From a virus: a stretch of 64,000 bases of DNA. This document shows, in pieces, positions 38,305 through 46,827 of this stretch (its first letter is position 1; each line of letters begins with the position of its first letter). A program made the position numbers and the translations under genes. Location of the stretch: positions 64,001 through 128,000 of the IMG/VR virus record IMGVR_UViG_3300040801_002290; one strand, given 5' to 3'. The notes beneath the pieces were generated by a model. The model was not told the DNA's origin. It did not search any database and was given only the letters and a program-made list of their open reading frames with translations.

Positions 38305-38725
38305 ATCTTCTAAAGGTTTCTCGGAACTTAGTCAAGTAAAGTTTCATTAGATTAATGATTCTATTTGACGAATACCTATCCAAAAGGCTCTGGTCTACGG
38401 CTTCTTCTTCATGCACCTGTACTAGGTTCGCCTCAGCTATCGCGCTGTCTATCATCATGTGCATGTCTAAGTAGTCAGGGGGTCTATGCTTCCAAATAGT
38501 TTCGTTGGATATAGGAACGAGACTGCATCTGCAATTCTCGTGAAAAACCTTAGTGTGGTATTCACCGTATGTTTCAAGCCCAGCATTTAAGGTGTTAGAA
38601 TCGTAGTAATTTCCCTCAAAGGAAAAGGGGAACTCAAGTCCCCCCTCTTCCATAGCATAAGCTTCTATTGCTTTGCAAAGCTCGCTAGACCTCTCGTCGT
38701 CTATTCTCAACACCATATACTTCAT
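38297..38725 (-). CDS. Small protein with MuF/gp7-like HxNCRC motif
   Basis: 'FHENCRCSLVP' at 38525-38542. Confidence 0.55.
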   Translation of the reverse strand: MKYMVLRIDDERSSELCKAIEAYAMEEGGLEFPFSFEGNYYDSNTLNAGLETYGEYHTKVFHENCRCSLVPISNETIWKHRPPDYLDMHMMIDSAIAEANLVQVHEEEAVDQSLLDRYSSNRIINLMKLYLTKFRETFRRFA

Positions 38726-39225
38726 TAGTAGTTGTTCCTTACTCTAATTATCTGATAAATGCTTCCGGAGTTAATGAACGGTTGCACGGTATCGTCGTCA
38801 AGGTAAAGGGTCTCAATAATTTCCCTGGAACCATCAGGCTGACAACATCTACCCAAAAGCTGGAACTTATCCCTAAGAATCCTTCGTGCCGAGTCATTGT
38901 TCCTGGGCTTCATTAATTTAATATCTAGGTTGCGGGGTACCGAGAGCGTCTTATCTCCTCTGATAAATCCCCCAGACCCATCTGGTACAAACTCGTTGGA
39001 CTTATCTGAGTAAACTCCCTTGATAAATCTGGGGGAAGCGTAGACTACGCCCTCTCCACCACAGATGGGACACTCAATCCAGGAAGAGCCGCGAGACTCG
39101 TCGTAACATGGGTTACCGTCGTCACGTACATAAGGACAGAAAATAGCTTTATGCCAAGCTATGTCTGAACCCCCAAGCCTAAGTGCTGAGTCGGCTATTA
39201 GTTTGCTAATTGGAAATAAGTCCAT
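38725..39225 (-). CDS. Head closure / neck protein with Cys motif
   Basis: 'W.KA..CP......PC........CP.C.G.G..Y', as seen in SPO1/Twort-like neck genes. Confidence 0.65.
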   Translation of the reverse strand: MDLFPISKLIADSALRLGGSDIAWHKAIFCPYVRDDGNPCYDESRGSSWIECPICGGEGVVYASPRFIKGVYSDKSNEFVPDGSGGFIRGDKTLSVPRNLDIKLMKPRNNDSARRILRDKFQLLGRCCQPDGSREIIETLYLDDDTVQPFINSGSIYQIIRVRNNY

Positions 39226-39226
39226 G

Positions 39227-40264
39227 TTAATATCCAGTCATAACAAGCTGGTAATACGGGTGTAGCAACTCGTCTGCTTCGTCCTTATAACGCTGCATAA
39301 CGTCTGCGTAAAGTCCCTTACCAAATGCGGCAGAGAATCCCTGCACGGAATAGCTCATCATACCCTTTGTGAAGGCGATGTTTACCAGTTCAAAGGTTTT
39401 AATCGCGGAATAAAGAGCAACTGCGTCTTGCAAATCCTGAGGAATTTCCTTTAACCCGAATTCATAATCCACAGCAATAATTTGAGGCATGTTTGGAACT
39501 ACCAACCCATACCCAGATGAGGCAATCATGTTGCTAGCACCAGTGGCACTAATCTTTGCCTGTGCTGGGAAGAGAATAACAGCCCCTTCCTTTTGGTAGA
39601 GAAAGTACTCGTTAGGGGCGTAAGTACGGTTCAGGTAAGGAATTCCAAGTCCCTGCGGGTCCTGAATTTCAAGAGCAAGCTTGTGAATCTTTGTTACGTA
39701 TCTTTCATAAAGCTTAATATAGCTTCTTCCCTTACCGTCGATTCTTTCCTCATTCTCTATTTTATTAGGCACAAAAATTACTTCTCTGGCGAACTCTTCC
39801 TTTTGTTCCTGAGTAAGCAAATCCCAAGGCAGGGTTCCTGGCGAGTAAAGCGTGGAGTCGTTATTGTACTGAGCCTGTTGGTCAGAAGATAAGTCGCTCC
39901 AAGTAGGATATTCTTTGGAAGAAGGGGTAATGAAGGAATCCAGTCCACCAAAACCGTACTTTACCCTGTCCTCATAAACCTCTTTCGGGGTCTGAGCAAA
40001 GTTGGTTTTTCTTCTTGGGTAAAGGGATAGCTTAATCTTATTTTCTACTCTAGCGACACTTCTCTGAATAGCTCTAAGCATGATTGCCTTAAAGCCAGGA
40101 AGGGATGAGGAGCCATCACTACACCTGGCTTCGTCTGGAAGACAGTCGTCGCTAGTGAGGTTTCCAAGGCCAAGTTGTTGAAGCCCAAAGATTCTATCTT
40201 CGGTGGCCTCAATCATTAGTTGGAGTTCTTTTCCTCGTAGTCCTAAACCCCTACTGAATTCCAT
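39227..40264 (-). CDS. Head-tail adaptor (neck) protein
   Basis: 'P.....DY..G...IP.DL..A.', 'G..SYSV.GFS.....' C-terminal motifs. Confidence 0.7.
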   Translation of the reverse strand: MEFSRGLGLRGKELQLMIEATEDRIFGLQQLGLGNLTSDDCLPDEARCSDGSSSLPGFKAIMLRAIQRSVARVENKIKLSLYPRRKTNFAQTPKEVYEDRVKYGFGGLDSFITPSSKEYPTWSDLSSDQQAQYNNDSTLYSPGTLPWDLLTQEQKEEFAREVIFVPNKIENEERIDGKGRSYIKLYERYVTKIHKLALEIQDPQGLGIPYLNRTYAPNEYFLYQKEGAVILFPAQAKISATGASNMIASSGYGLVVPNMPQIIAVDYEFGLKEIPQDLQDAVALYSAIKTFELVNIAFTKGMMSYSVQGFSAAFGKGLYADVMQRYKDEADELLHPYYQLVMTGY

Positions 40265-40274
40265 TTAATCCGCC

Positions 40275-40736
40275 TTAGAGAAGACCAGTTTCTTCTCGAT
40301 ACTTTCTTAATGTAGTAGTAGTAATTTTTAGATGATTAGCCACAGCAGACCAAGTACCGAGAGAGTCATACAAATCCTGAATTTCCTGAGCCGTTAAAAC
40401 CCCATCCTCAGTTTCCTCAACATCTGCTACAACATTGACGTGAGCCACTACTGCTTCTTCTGGCTCTTCCTCAGGTTCCTCCGCAACAGCCTCTTCCTCA
40501 ACAACAACTTCCGGAGCTTCTTCTGCAACAGGAAGCACTGTTTCTACAACTACAGGGACCTCAGCGGGAATTTCCTCTACTGACGCGATAAACCTTAATT
40601 TCTTAGCATTATCAGCGGTTTCTTTACTGGACACGTAAGCAACACCGTCCTGAAAGAGGACGAGCTTGCCTTTTATGTTTACGGGGTATCTACCCGAAAC
40701 CTTATACCTTTTATCAAAAACGAGTCTATATCTCAT
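40275..40736 (-). CDS. Hypothetical protein with acidic linker and C-terminal HTH-like segment
   Basis: SD AGGAGG; E/V/A-rich linker; 'TWSAVANHLKITTTTLRKYR'. Confidence 0.65.
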   Translation of the reverse strand: MRYRLVFDKRYKVSGRYPVNIKGKLVLFQDGVAYVSSKETADNAKKLRFIASVEEIPAEVPVVVETVLPVAEEAPEVVVEEEAVAEEPEEEPEEAVVAHVNVVADVEETEDGVLTAQEIQDLYDSLGTWSAVANHLKITTTTLRKYREETGLL

Positions 40737-40757
40737 GACTCCTCCTATCGAAATCTT

Positions 40758-40787
40758 AGTATATCATATCTAAGAAGTTAAACACAA
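40758..40787 (-). promoter_or_regulatory. sigma70-like promoter for the neck genes
   Basis: TTGTGT-18-TATACT with extended TG. Confidence 0.6.
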
Positions 40788-40814
40788 TAAAAAAGGCGGG
40801 GAATTAACCCCGCC
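40788..40814 (-). terminator. Terminator after capsid/decoration genes
   Basis: GGCGGGG-ttaatt-CCCCGCC followed by a TTTTTTATT tract. Confidence 0.85.
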
Positions 40815-40834
40815 CTTACTTTAGTTAACTAATT

Positions 40835-41251
40835 TTAGTCAACGTTAATTACGGTGAAGGTAATGCTTCCGGAGACAGAAGGTGAGTAATCACTGGTTGC
40901 AGTGATAACCGTAGTTCCTACTCCAACGGCAGTTACAGTTCCAGCAGCAACGGTGGCAACTCCTTCGTCAGAAGAAGACCAGGTAACGTCCTCTGCGGCT
41001 CCACCCTGAGCAACGACAGTTGCGGTAACCACCTCGTCAGCATCTGTAGCGCCAGTACCTACTTCTAGCTCTGTGTCAGCGGCTTCTAGGGAGACGCTAA
41101 GCACGCGGGGTACTTCTCCATCAAGCTGGTTTACGACTCCAACCAACTCTTCAAAAAGTGCAAGAATAGGGCTGGAAGGAAGGTCGGTACCGGCGTACGG
41201 TACCTGATTCCTTAGGAGTTCCTTTGCTCTTTCGCTAATTGTGATAGCCAT
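40835..41251 (-). CDS. Ig-like (Big_2) capsid decoration protein
   Basis: 'VTWSSSDEGVATVAAGTVTAVGVGTTVITATS'; directly after the major capsid gene. Confidence 0.85.
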   Translation of the reverse strand: MAITISERAKELLRNQVPYAGTDLPSSPILALFEELVGVVNQLDGEVPRVLSVSLEAADTELEVGTGATDADEVVTATVVAQGGAAEDVTWSSSDEGVATVAAGTVTAVGVGTTVITATSDYSPSVSGSITFTVINVD

Positions 41252-41298
41252 GTTATCTCCTCTGTAGAGGAGGGGGGAGGGTTACTCCCCCCTCTTCA

Positions 41299-42714
41299 TT
41301 AGATTACGTTTTCCTGCGCTACGTTAACGATTAGGAAGTTAAATTCCGGGGCGCGTGAGAACAAGGAGGATACGTGGCGGATAGCGAAGTCGCGGTTTAG
41401 GGTCTGGGGTAGCGGAACCTGCTCAAGCGGAATCCACTGTGCAAGCATGGTGGTCATAAGGTCTACACCAACTACGAATCCAGTTCCGGGGACCTTGCGG
41501 TAAGTAAAGGTACCGTAAGCTGAAACAAGGGTCTCGTGTCCGTCGTCAACTACGTTGACAGTTCCACCAGCGTATACAGGAACCTTCTTGAGGAACTTGA
41601 AGTCGCCGCCAGCGTCGGAACGGTAAACAATTAGCCACTTGGCACCGGCAGGAACAGTTGCTACAGCAAGCTGAATCTGCTGTCCAGCAGTTGGGGTTAC
41701 GGGTGCGCCAGCTTCTACGGCTTCGGACTCTCCGTTGAAGTTAGCTGCCTTTACCATGTAGTTATACTCGATTGCCTCAAGACCGGCGTTTCCAGCAGCG
41801 TTGGCCTGAGCGGTCAAGGTTACTGCGGAAGGTGCGGCTGGACGTGCGAATTCTCCACCAGTGTTACCGAAGCCCTGGTCAGTGAACTTGTGCCAGTCAC
41901 CAAGGAAACGGTCGGTTACTAGCTCGGTCTCACCGTAAGCAGAGATGTAGGTCTGGGCATCGGTTCCGAGTACGCCAGCTACGCGGTCTGCCTGGGTGGT
42001 ACGAGCAATCTGGTAGAAGCTCTGCTGTAGGTTAATCTTGTCAACAGGTGACATCATAACTACGTTCGGGCGAGCAAGTCCCTGGGTTAGGTAGACCTTG
42101 TTCTCTGCGGCCCATAGAGCGTTTAGAGAAAGCGGGCGTCCACCCAAGTCAGTTACGTTCTGCGGGGCACCGCGCTTGACGATGTTCTCAAGGCCGTCGA
42201 ACTGTAGGTTCTGCGGGCTGGAGAAATCGGTTGAACCGAAGCGGCGGTCTCCGTGGAAGAGTAGGTACTCGGTTTCTTCCATGACGGCAACCATCTTTTC
42301 GGTGCGGGCGGTCTGCTCGGCGGTCTGAACACCGGCACGGGTGGTGGCAACAGCCAATTCCGTGATGGTGATGCGGTGTCCGAGTAGGGTAGGTAGGGTG
42401 CGCCTACGGGCTACTTCTACTTCGACGGTACGAGGAACGCCACCGTCGCGGTATGCGGCGTAACCAATCTTGTCCTGACGGCTGGTTACGACGTTGTACT
42501 CATGCTCGTAAGCAGTGGCCTGAATCTTCTGGAGCCTGTCGTAGAACGGGGTTTCCAAAATGTTTAGACGCTCTAGTTCACCTTCTAGGTCCTGACGCTC
42601 CAAGCTCTGGGCAACCTGGCTGGTTCCGTCAATGGCCTTAAGAACATCTAGGGGCAGATGCTCTAGGTAATCTAGGTGGTCTGCGTAATTTCTCTGAACG
42701 ACTTCTTTAGACAT
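41299..42714 (-). CDS. Major capsid protein with FN3-like insertion
   Basis: Follows protease/scaffold; 'L.RQDL...L......TPFY..L.K..A....HEY', 'LF.GD', 'FDGL'; strong codon bias; SPO1/Twort-like pattern. Confidence 0.92.
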   Translation of the reverse strand: MSKEVVQRNYADHLDYLEHLPLDVLKAIDGTSQVAQSLERQDLEGELERLNILETPFYDRLQKIQATAYEHEYNVVTSRQDKIGYAAYRDGGVPRTVEVEVARRRTLPTLLGHRITITELAVATTRAGVQTAEQTARTEKMVAVMEETEYLLFHGDRRFGSTDFSSPQNLQFDGLENIVKRGAPQNVTDLGGRPLSLNALWAAENKVYLTQGLARPNVVMMSPVDKINLQQSFYQIARTTQADRVAGVLGTDAQTYISAYGETELVTDRFLGDWHKFTDQGFGNTGGEFARPAAPSAVTLTAQANAAGNAGLEAIEYNYMVKAANFNGESEAVEAGAPVTPTAGQQIQLAVATVPAGAKWLIVYRSDAGGDFKFLKKVPVYAGGTVNVVDDGHETLVSAYGTFTYRKVPGTGFVVGVDLMTTMLAQWIPLEQVPLPQTLNRDFAIRHVSSLFSRAPEFNFLIVNVAQENVI

Positions 42715-42736
42715 AATCTTCTATATCCTCCTGGAA

Positions 42737-44395
42737 TTATAACTTGCCTTTATCAGCCATCTTGACGAAGTGCTTGAATTCTGGCTCTGAAAGGTTTAGG
42801 GTTTTTTGGGCCTCTTCCACAATGCGGGCGCGTTGCTGAGCATGTGCCCCAGTGTGTCCAATGATTGAGCGGTACTTTTCAGTGAATGACTTAAGTACCG
42901 TCTTGTCGTACTGTCTCTCTTCCCCGTCCTCAGTCACAGCCTTGATAACATCAAGCTTGGCTACCTCTGCGGCTTCTTCACCAGTTACAGAAGCACCTGG
43001 ATGTACTATTCTAGGCGATTCTTTTGAAGATGTCACGCTTTTGGTAACGATAGTGCTTTCTTCGGACAGCTTAGTGACAATACTTGCTGCGATTCTCTCT
43101 TCCATGTCGGCAAAGCCGCTCTGGAAAATAGACTTTAGGGCCTCGCCAAACTGAGTTGCAGAGTCTTCTGAAAGACTTACGGTTAGAGAGTCGAGGGATT
43201 CCTTAATGACCGACTTGATTATATCGGTTGGGGGTTCCGTAGTTACTTGCTCTTCGACAGGAGCTTCTTCCATCATTTCAGTAGCCTGAGAGGAGTCCGT
43301 TAGCTGCATGACCAAATCAATAAGGGTATCAACCTTATCCAATAGCATCTGAACGGAGGCATCCCCGTCTCCTGCCATTGCGTCAACTTCCTGACCTTCC
43401 TCAGAAGTTACTAGGCTGTCTAGCAAACCGCCAGCATCCTCTTCTCCTGCCTCAGCAGCACCTAGTTCTGCCATTTCCTCGGCTCCACCCTCTTCCATAG
43501 CGCCTTCTTCCTCACCAGCGAATGGTGCCTCAGCAGGGGCTTCTTCCATGGGTGCGCCTTCGGCTTCTGGAGCGGCTCCCTGAGCCTCTTCCTCTTCCAC
43601 CGGAGGGGCAGCTTTTAGTACAACTTTAACATCTTCTGCCATAGCGTTTCTAATTTCCTCCTTAACGTTTACATACGATTCGAAAACGTGAGTGGTTCCG
43701 TCCCCACCCTGAACGGTTGATTTTATAACCAACCTATCGTTTTCTTGGTCAAACAGCACGGAATCTGGTGCGATTGTGTGGTACTGAACTTCTTTTGTCT
43801 CCTCTTCATCGACCAGCATACTCTTTAGCACAGACGCCCAAGTCTTTGTGAATGGGTTTACGGGCTCCGGGGTCATAGACACTTCGTAAAGAAGAAGCTC
43901 TGGCAAATAGGTAACGTACTTACCCTTTTTGACATCGTACTCCCTACGAGGACTACCAAGATATTTAGCACCGATGGAGAGGCCGATTTGGTCGGCAAAG
44001 CTTGTGTCCTTGTTAGTAAGGAACTCCTCCCACATCTTTCTTGCCATCGGGTGAGACTTATTGAGAATTCCCTTGATGTATAAACCTTCTGGTCTAATCT
44101 GTGCATCAAGGGGCTTTCCAATTGGGGTCTTTAGACTTAGAATTTCGTCCTTGGAAAATCCGTACTTGCCCAACCAGTCATCATTCTTCTTAGCGTAATC
44201 GTGGTCGAAGTATATCTTTCCGTTGGACTTGAAAAACTCTATGGTCTGGGAGAAACTTTCTGGGTATACAACCTCACCGAATAAATCTACATCGGCGGTA
44301 GAAGCAATGCCTTCAAAGACCCAAGGCTCTTCTTCATTAGCTGAAAAAGATTTGGTAATGTCTACGGGCATGTAAAAATGAAAATTTCTATCCAT
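42737..44395 (-). CDS. Prohead protease (HK97-type) fused to acidic scaffold
   Basis: 'FEGIAST..VD..GE', 'YFDH', 'IGKP', 'GLYIKG', 'GLSIG', 'LYEVS.T..PVNP', followed by a long acidic region. Confidence 0.9.
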   Translation of the reverse strand: MDRNFHFYMPVDITKSFSANEEEPWVFEGIASTADVDLFGEVVYPESFSQTIEFFKSNGKIYFDHDYAKKNDDWLGKYGFSKDEILSLKTPIGKPLDAQIRPEGLYIKGILNKSHPMARKMWEEFLTNKDTSFADQIGLSIGAKYLGSPRREYDVKKGKYVTYLPELLLYEVSMTPEPVNPFTKTWASVLKSMLVDEEETKEVQYHTIAPDSVLFDQENDRLVIKSTVQGGDGTTHVFESYVNVKEEIRNAMAEDVKVVLKAAPPVEEEEAQGAAPEAEGAPMEEAPAEAPFAGEEEGAMEEGGAEEMAELGAAEAGEEDAGGLLDSLVTSEEGQEVDAMAGDGDASVQMLLDKVDTLIDLVMQLTDSSQATEMMEEAPVEEQVTTEPPTDIIKSVIKESLDSLTVSLSEDSATQFGEALKSIFQSGFADMEERIAASIVTKLSEESTIVTKSVTSSKESPRIVHPGASVTGEEAAEVAKLDVIKAVTEDGEERQYDKTVLKSFTEKYRSIIGHTGAHAQQRARIVEEAQKTLNLSEPEFKHFVKMADKGKL

Positions 44396-44411
44396 ATATT
44401 CACCAGAGTGT

Positions 44412-44441
44412 ATAGTATCATAAAAAAAGAGGAAAAATCAA
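44412..44441 (-). promoter_or_regulatory. sigma70-like promoter for protease-capsid
   Basis: TTGATT-18-TACTAT with extended TG. Confidence 0.55.
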
Positions 44442-44464
44442 TGTATTTCGTCTGTGTTTATATT

Positions 44465-46558
44465 TTACTTCTGTGGCTGTGAAAAACTCAACCCAGGGAT
44501 AAAATTAGAGGACTTTTGTGCGTTCCCGAAAAACTTTAGAACCTCAACCATGTCTGCTTGTTGTGGTCTGCCGCCTTTTTCTGCCATAAAAAGCCTACCG
44601 TTGTCTTTTCCGCGAAGAAGAGTGATAGACTTAGCTCCGTCTGAGACCTGGAATGCAGAGCCTGGAACAACAGTGTTTACCTGTAGCCCCCTTTCTTTTA
44701 CAAAGTCTGTGAAGTCTGTTAGGAAAGGAGTATCATCCTTATGAATAAAATCCTTAAACCCAAATACTCCTATTTCAGGAGTGGGCTCCTCTGACTCTTC
44801 AAGATTATTTTCGATAACCTTTCTGGCCTCGCGCAAAGCCTTCATTCTAGCCTTTACCGCACTTTCTCTGTCACTCGTCTTCTGAACGAAAACCTCTCCA
44901 ACCTTAGCTCCCTCTGGAGAGAATACCGGCCAGGTTCCACTTGGGTCTGGAGTAAGCTTCCACCCTTCGGGTGAAATGAAGGAGTCTCCAACCTTCTCAA
45001 AACCATGCATTGCTACGGGCTTCTTTATCTCGCTTGGGACCTCTAATTCCTTCTTCGGCTTTTCCTCTGGTCCCTTGGGCTTATGATACAGTTTAAGAGT
45101 TCTGTTCTTGTACATAGCCCGCTGTCTAGACTCATCATCAATGATGTTTCCTATTAGGTCTGGACCTTCACCCTTTTGTCTACCGGTGTTAAGAGAGGCG
45201 TCCTTCCACTTATTCTGAAAAGACCTAGCAGATGGATTTTCTTCATTAAGTAGGGAAAATGCGTGAATACCGTCGATTCTTCCCAGTCTGGCAGCTATCT
45301 CTTTCATGGCCTGGACTTTAGCCTGGGTAGTTCCGTTACTGGCTTTTGCCGCAAAGCGAAGGATTTCTTCCATTTCTTGTTCTATATCAACAGACATTCC
45401 GAGAGTTACTTTTCTCTGGTACACAGAGGAAAACTCAGACTTATGAATGGCATGAAGACCCTTAGACCCGTCACTCAATTCGGAAGCAACCATAGCTCTA
45501 TCCTTCTCTGGAATAGAGTCGTATAGTCTGGCTAGGGTGTGAAGAGCAACTCTGTTTGCACCGGCAGCAGGGGAGTTTTTAAAAGCCTTAAATACACCAT
45601 AAAGAGCGGTGGACTCTTCCCTCGTATATTCATCAGGAAGTTCCTGTGGAATACTTTCTCTGCTCATAGTGCTTTCTGCCATAGGCTTCATCGGAACAAA
45701 GGTTTCTTTGCCGGTGGTAAAGTCTTGATACATCATAGAATACTTAGAGTCCAACATCTCAGATAGCTGAGAAAATGACTCGGTGTTATTCCTCATATTT
45801 TCTCGTAAATTCTTAAGACCCAATATGATGTTCGCATCGAAGAAATATTCTCTTCCATCCGGTCTGTATTCTTTATACCGGTCGTTTAGATGCTTTTTGA
45901 GGGTCGGGTAATTCTCTTCAAGTTCTTTTTCGAGAATTCCCTTTAGGCTGATTTTAGAAGGACTCGCCCCGTCCCTTGCCAACTCCGATGCACGGACCAT
46001 AAGAACATCAAAAGCCTGAATTAGAAACCACTCGACAGAGTTTGGTTTAATGTCATTCTCCTTAATTATTCTCTCTGTGTATCCTTTAAGGTAAGACTCC
46101 CACCCCCTGTCGGGTAAATTCTTTCTGGGTACAGTTGACTCCTTATTGGCTTCGTAAGTTTGCTTTCTTTTTTCATGTAAAACGTGTGAAGGTACACCCT
46201 GCTGCTGGGCTTGATTCTCAAGAGCCTGCTGGTAATACTGCTGGGCGTGCTGATAATATTGTTGCCTTTGCTGGTTGAAGGCTTCTTCATATTGCTTTTG
46301 CAATTCTGGGCTTATTTCTGCCGCCCGCTCAAGCACATCTAGCTGGTCCTCAATCTGGTTAAGTTGGGTCTGGTCAGCAGGGTCAATCTCTACCCCCTGC
46401 TCTAAAAGCCATTCGGCATATTCCTCGGCGGTAACCTGAATAGGGGTTACTTTTCCGTTGATATTTCTGAATATGACGTGCTTACCGGAATCATCTAAAT
46501 AAAACTCATCCGTTGCACGAACAGATTTTAGTATTCTAAGTGACTCTATAATGTTCAT
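44465..46558 (-). CDS. Large hypothetical protein (putative internal head protein)
   Basis: 697 aa; N-terminal 'ILKS' and 'KHVIFRNINGKVTPI'; Q-rich stretch. Confidence 0.7.
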   Translation of the reverse strand: MNIIESLRILKSVRATDEFYLDDSGKHVIFRNINGKVTPIQVTAEEYAEWLLEQGVEIDPADQTQLNQIEDQLDVLERAAEISPELQKQYEEAFNQQRQQYYQHAQQYYQQALENQAQQQGVPSHVLHEKRKQTYEANKESTVPRKNLPDRGWESYLKGYTERIIKENDIKPNSVEWFLIQAFDVLMVRASELARDGASPSKISLKGILEKELEENYPTLKKHLNDRYKEYRPDGREYFFDANIILGLKNLRENMRNNTESFSQLSEMLDSKYSMMYQDFTTGKETFVPMKPMAESTMSRESIPQELPDEYTREESTALYGVFKAFKNSPAAGANRVALHTLARLYDSIPEKDRAMVASELSDGSKGLHAIHKSEFSSVYQRKVTLGMSVDIEQEMEEILRFAAKASNGTTQAKVQAMKEIAARLGRIDGIHAFSLLNEENPSARSFQNKWKDASLNTGRQKGEGPDLIGNIIDDESRQRAMYKNRTLKLYHKPKGPEEKPKKELEVPSEIKKPVAMHGFEKVGDSFISPEGWKLTPDPSGTWPVFSPEGAKVGEVFVQKTSDRESAVKARMKALREARKVIENNLEESEEPTPEIGVFGFKDFIHKDDTPFLTDFTDFVKERGLQVNTVVPGSAFQVSDGAKSITLLRGKDNGRLFMAEKGGRPQQADMVEVLKFFGNAQKSSNFIPGLSFSQPQK

Positions 46559-46827
46559 AGATAATCCAAGTTAGTTGCTGGGAATCCAAACCTCTGTGCC
46601 TCTACTTTCAACTCTTCAATCCATTCGATTAGCTCTGCTTCTTCTAGGGTGGGATATTCTCCCTTTAAGGCATAGAAGGATTGTAGGAAGTCAAAATACT
46701 CGTTGAATAGGGTGCCTTCCGGGTCAGAGATTTCTTTGGGCATGTGATGAGTAACTACGTCAAAGTCTCTTTGCGCGTACAACTCAGTAAGTGTTCTTAA
46801 CGCGAAGCGTCTCTCTTCATCTATCAT
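46555..46827 (-). CDS. Hypothetical protein
   Basis: ATGA overlaps at both ends. Confidence 0.65.
   Translation of the reverse strand: MIDEERRFALRTLTELYAQRDFDVVTHHMPKEISDPEGTLFNEYFDFLQSFYALKGEYPTLEEAELIEWIEELKVEAQRFGFPATNLDYL

Noticed and set aside
41251-41320. Capsid-to-Ig-domain fusion by frameshift or readthrough
   Set aside because: The capsid ends in tandem TAA TGA with another in-frame TAA; the Ig gene's frame has two stops in the gap, and the open -1 frame is not the Ig frame.
43250-43620. E/A/P/G-rich repeats in the protease C-terminus as a novel repeat protein
   Set aside because: Ordinary acidic low-complexity scaffold region.
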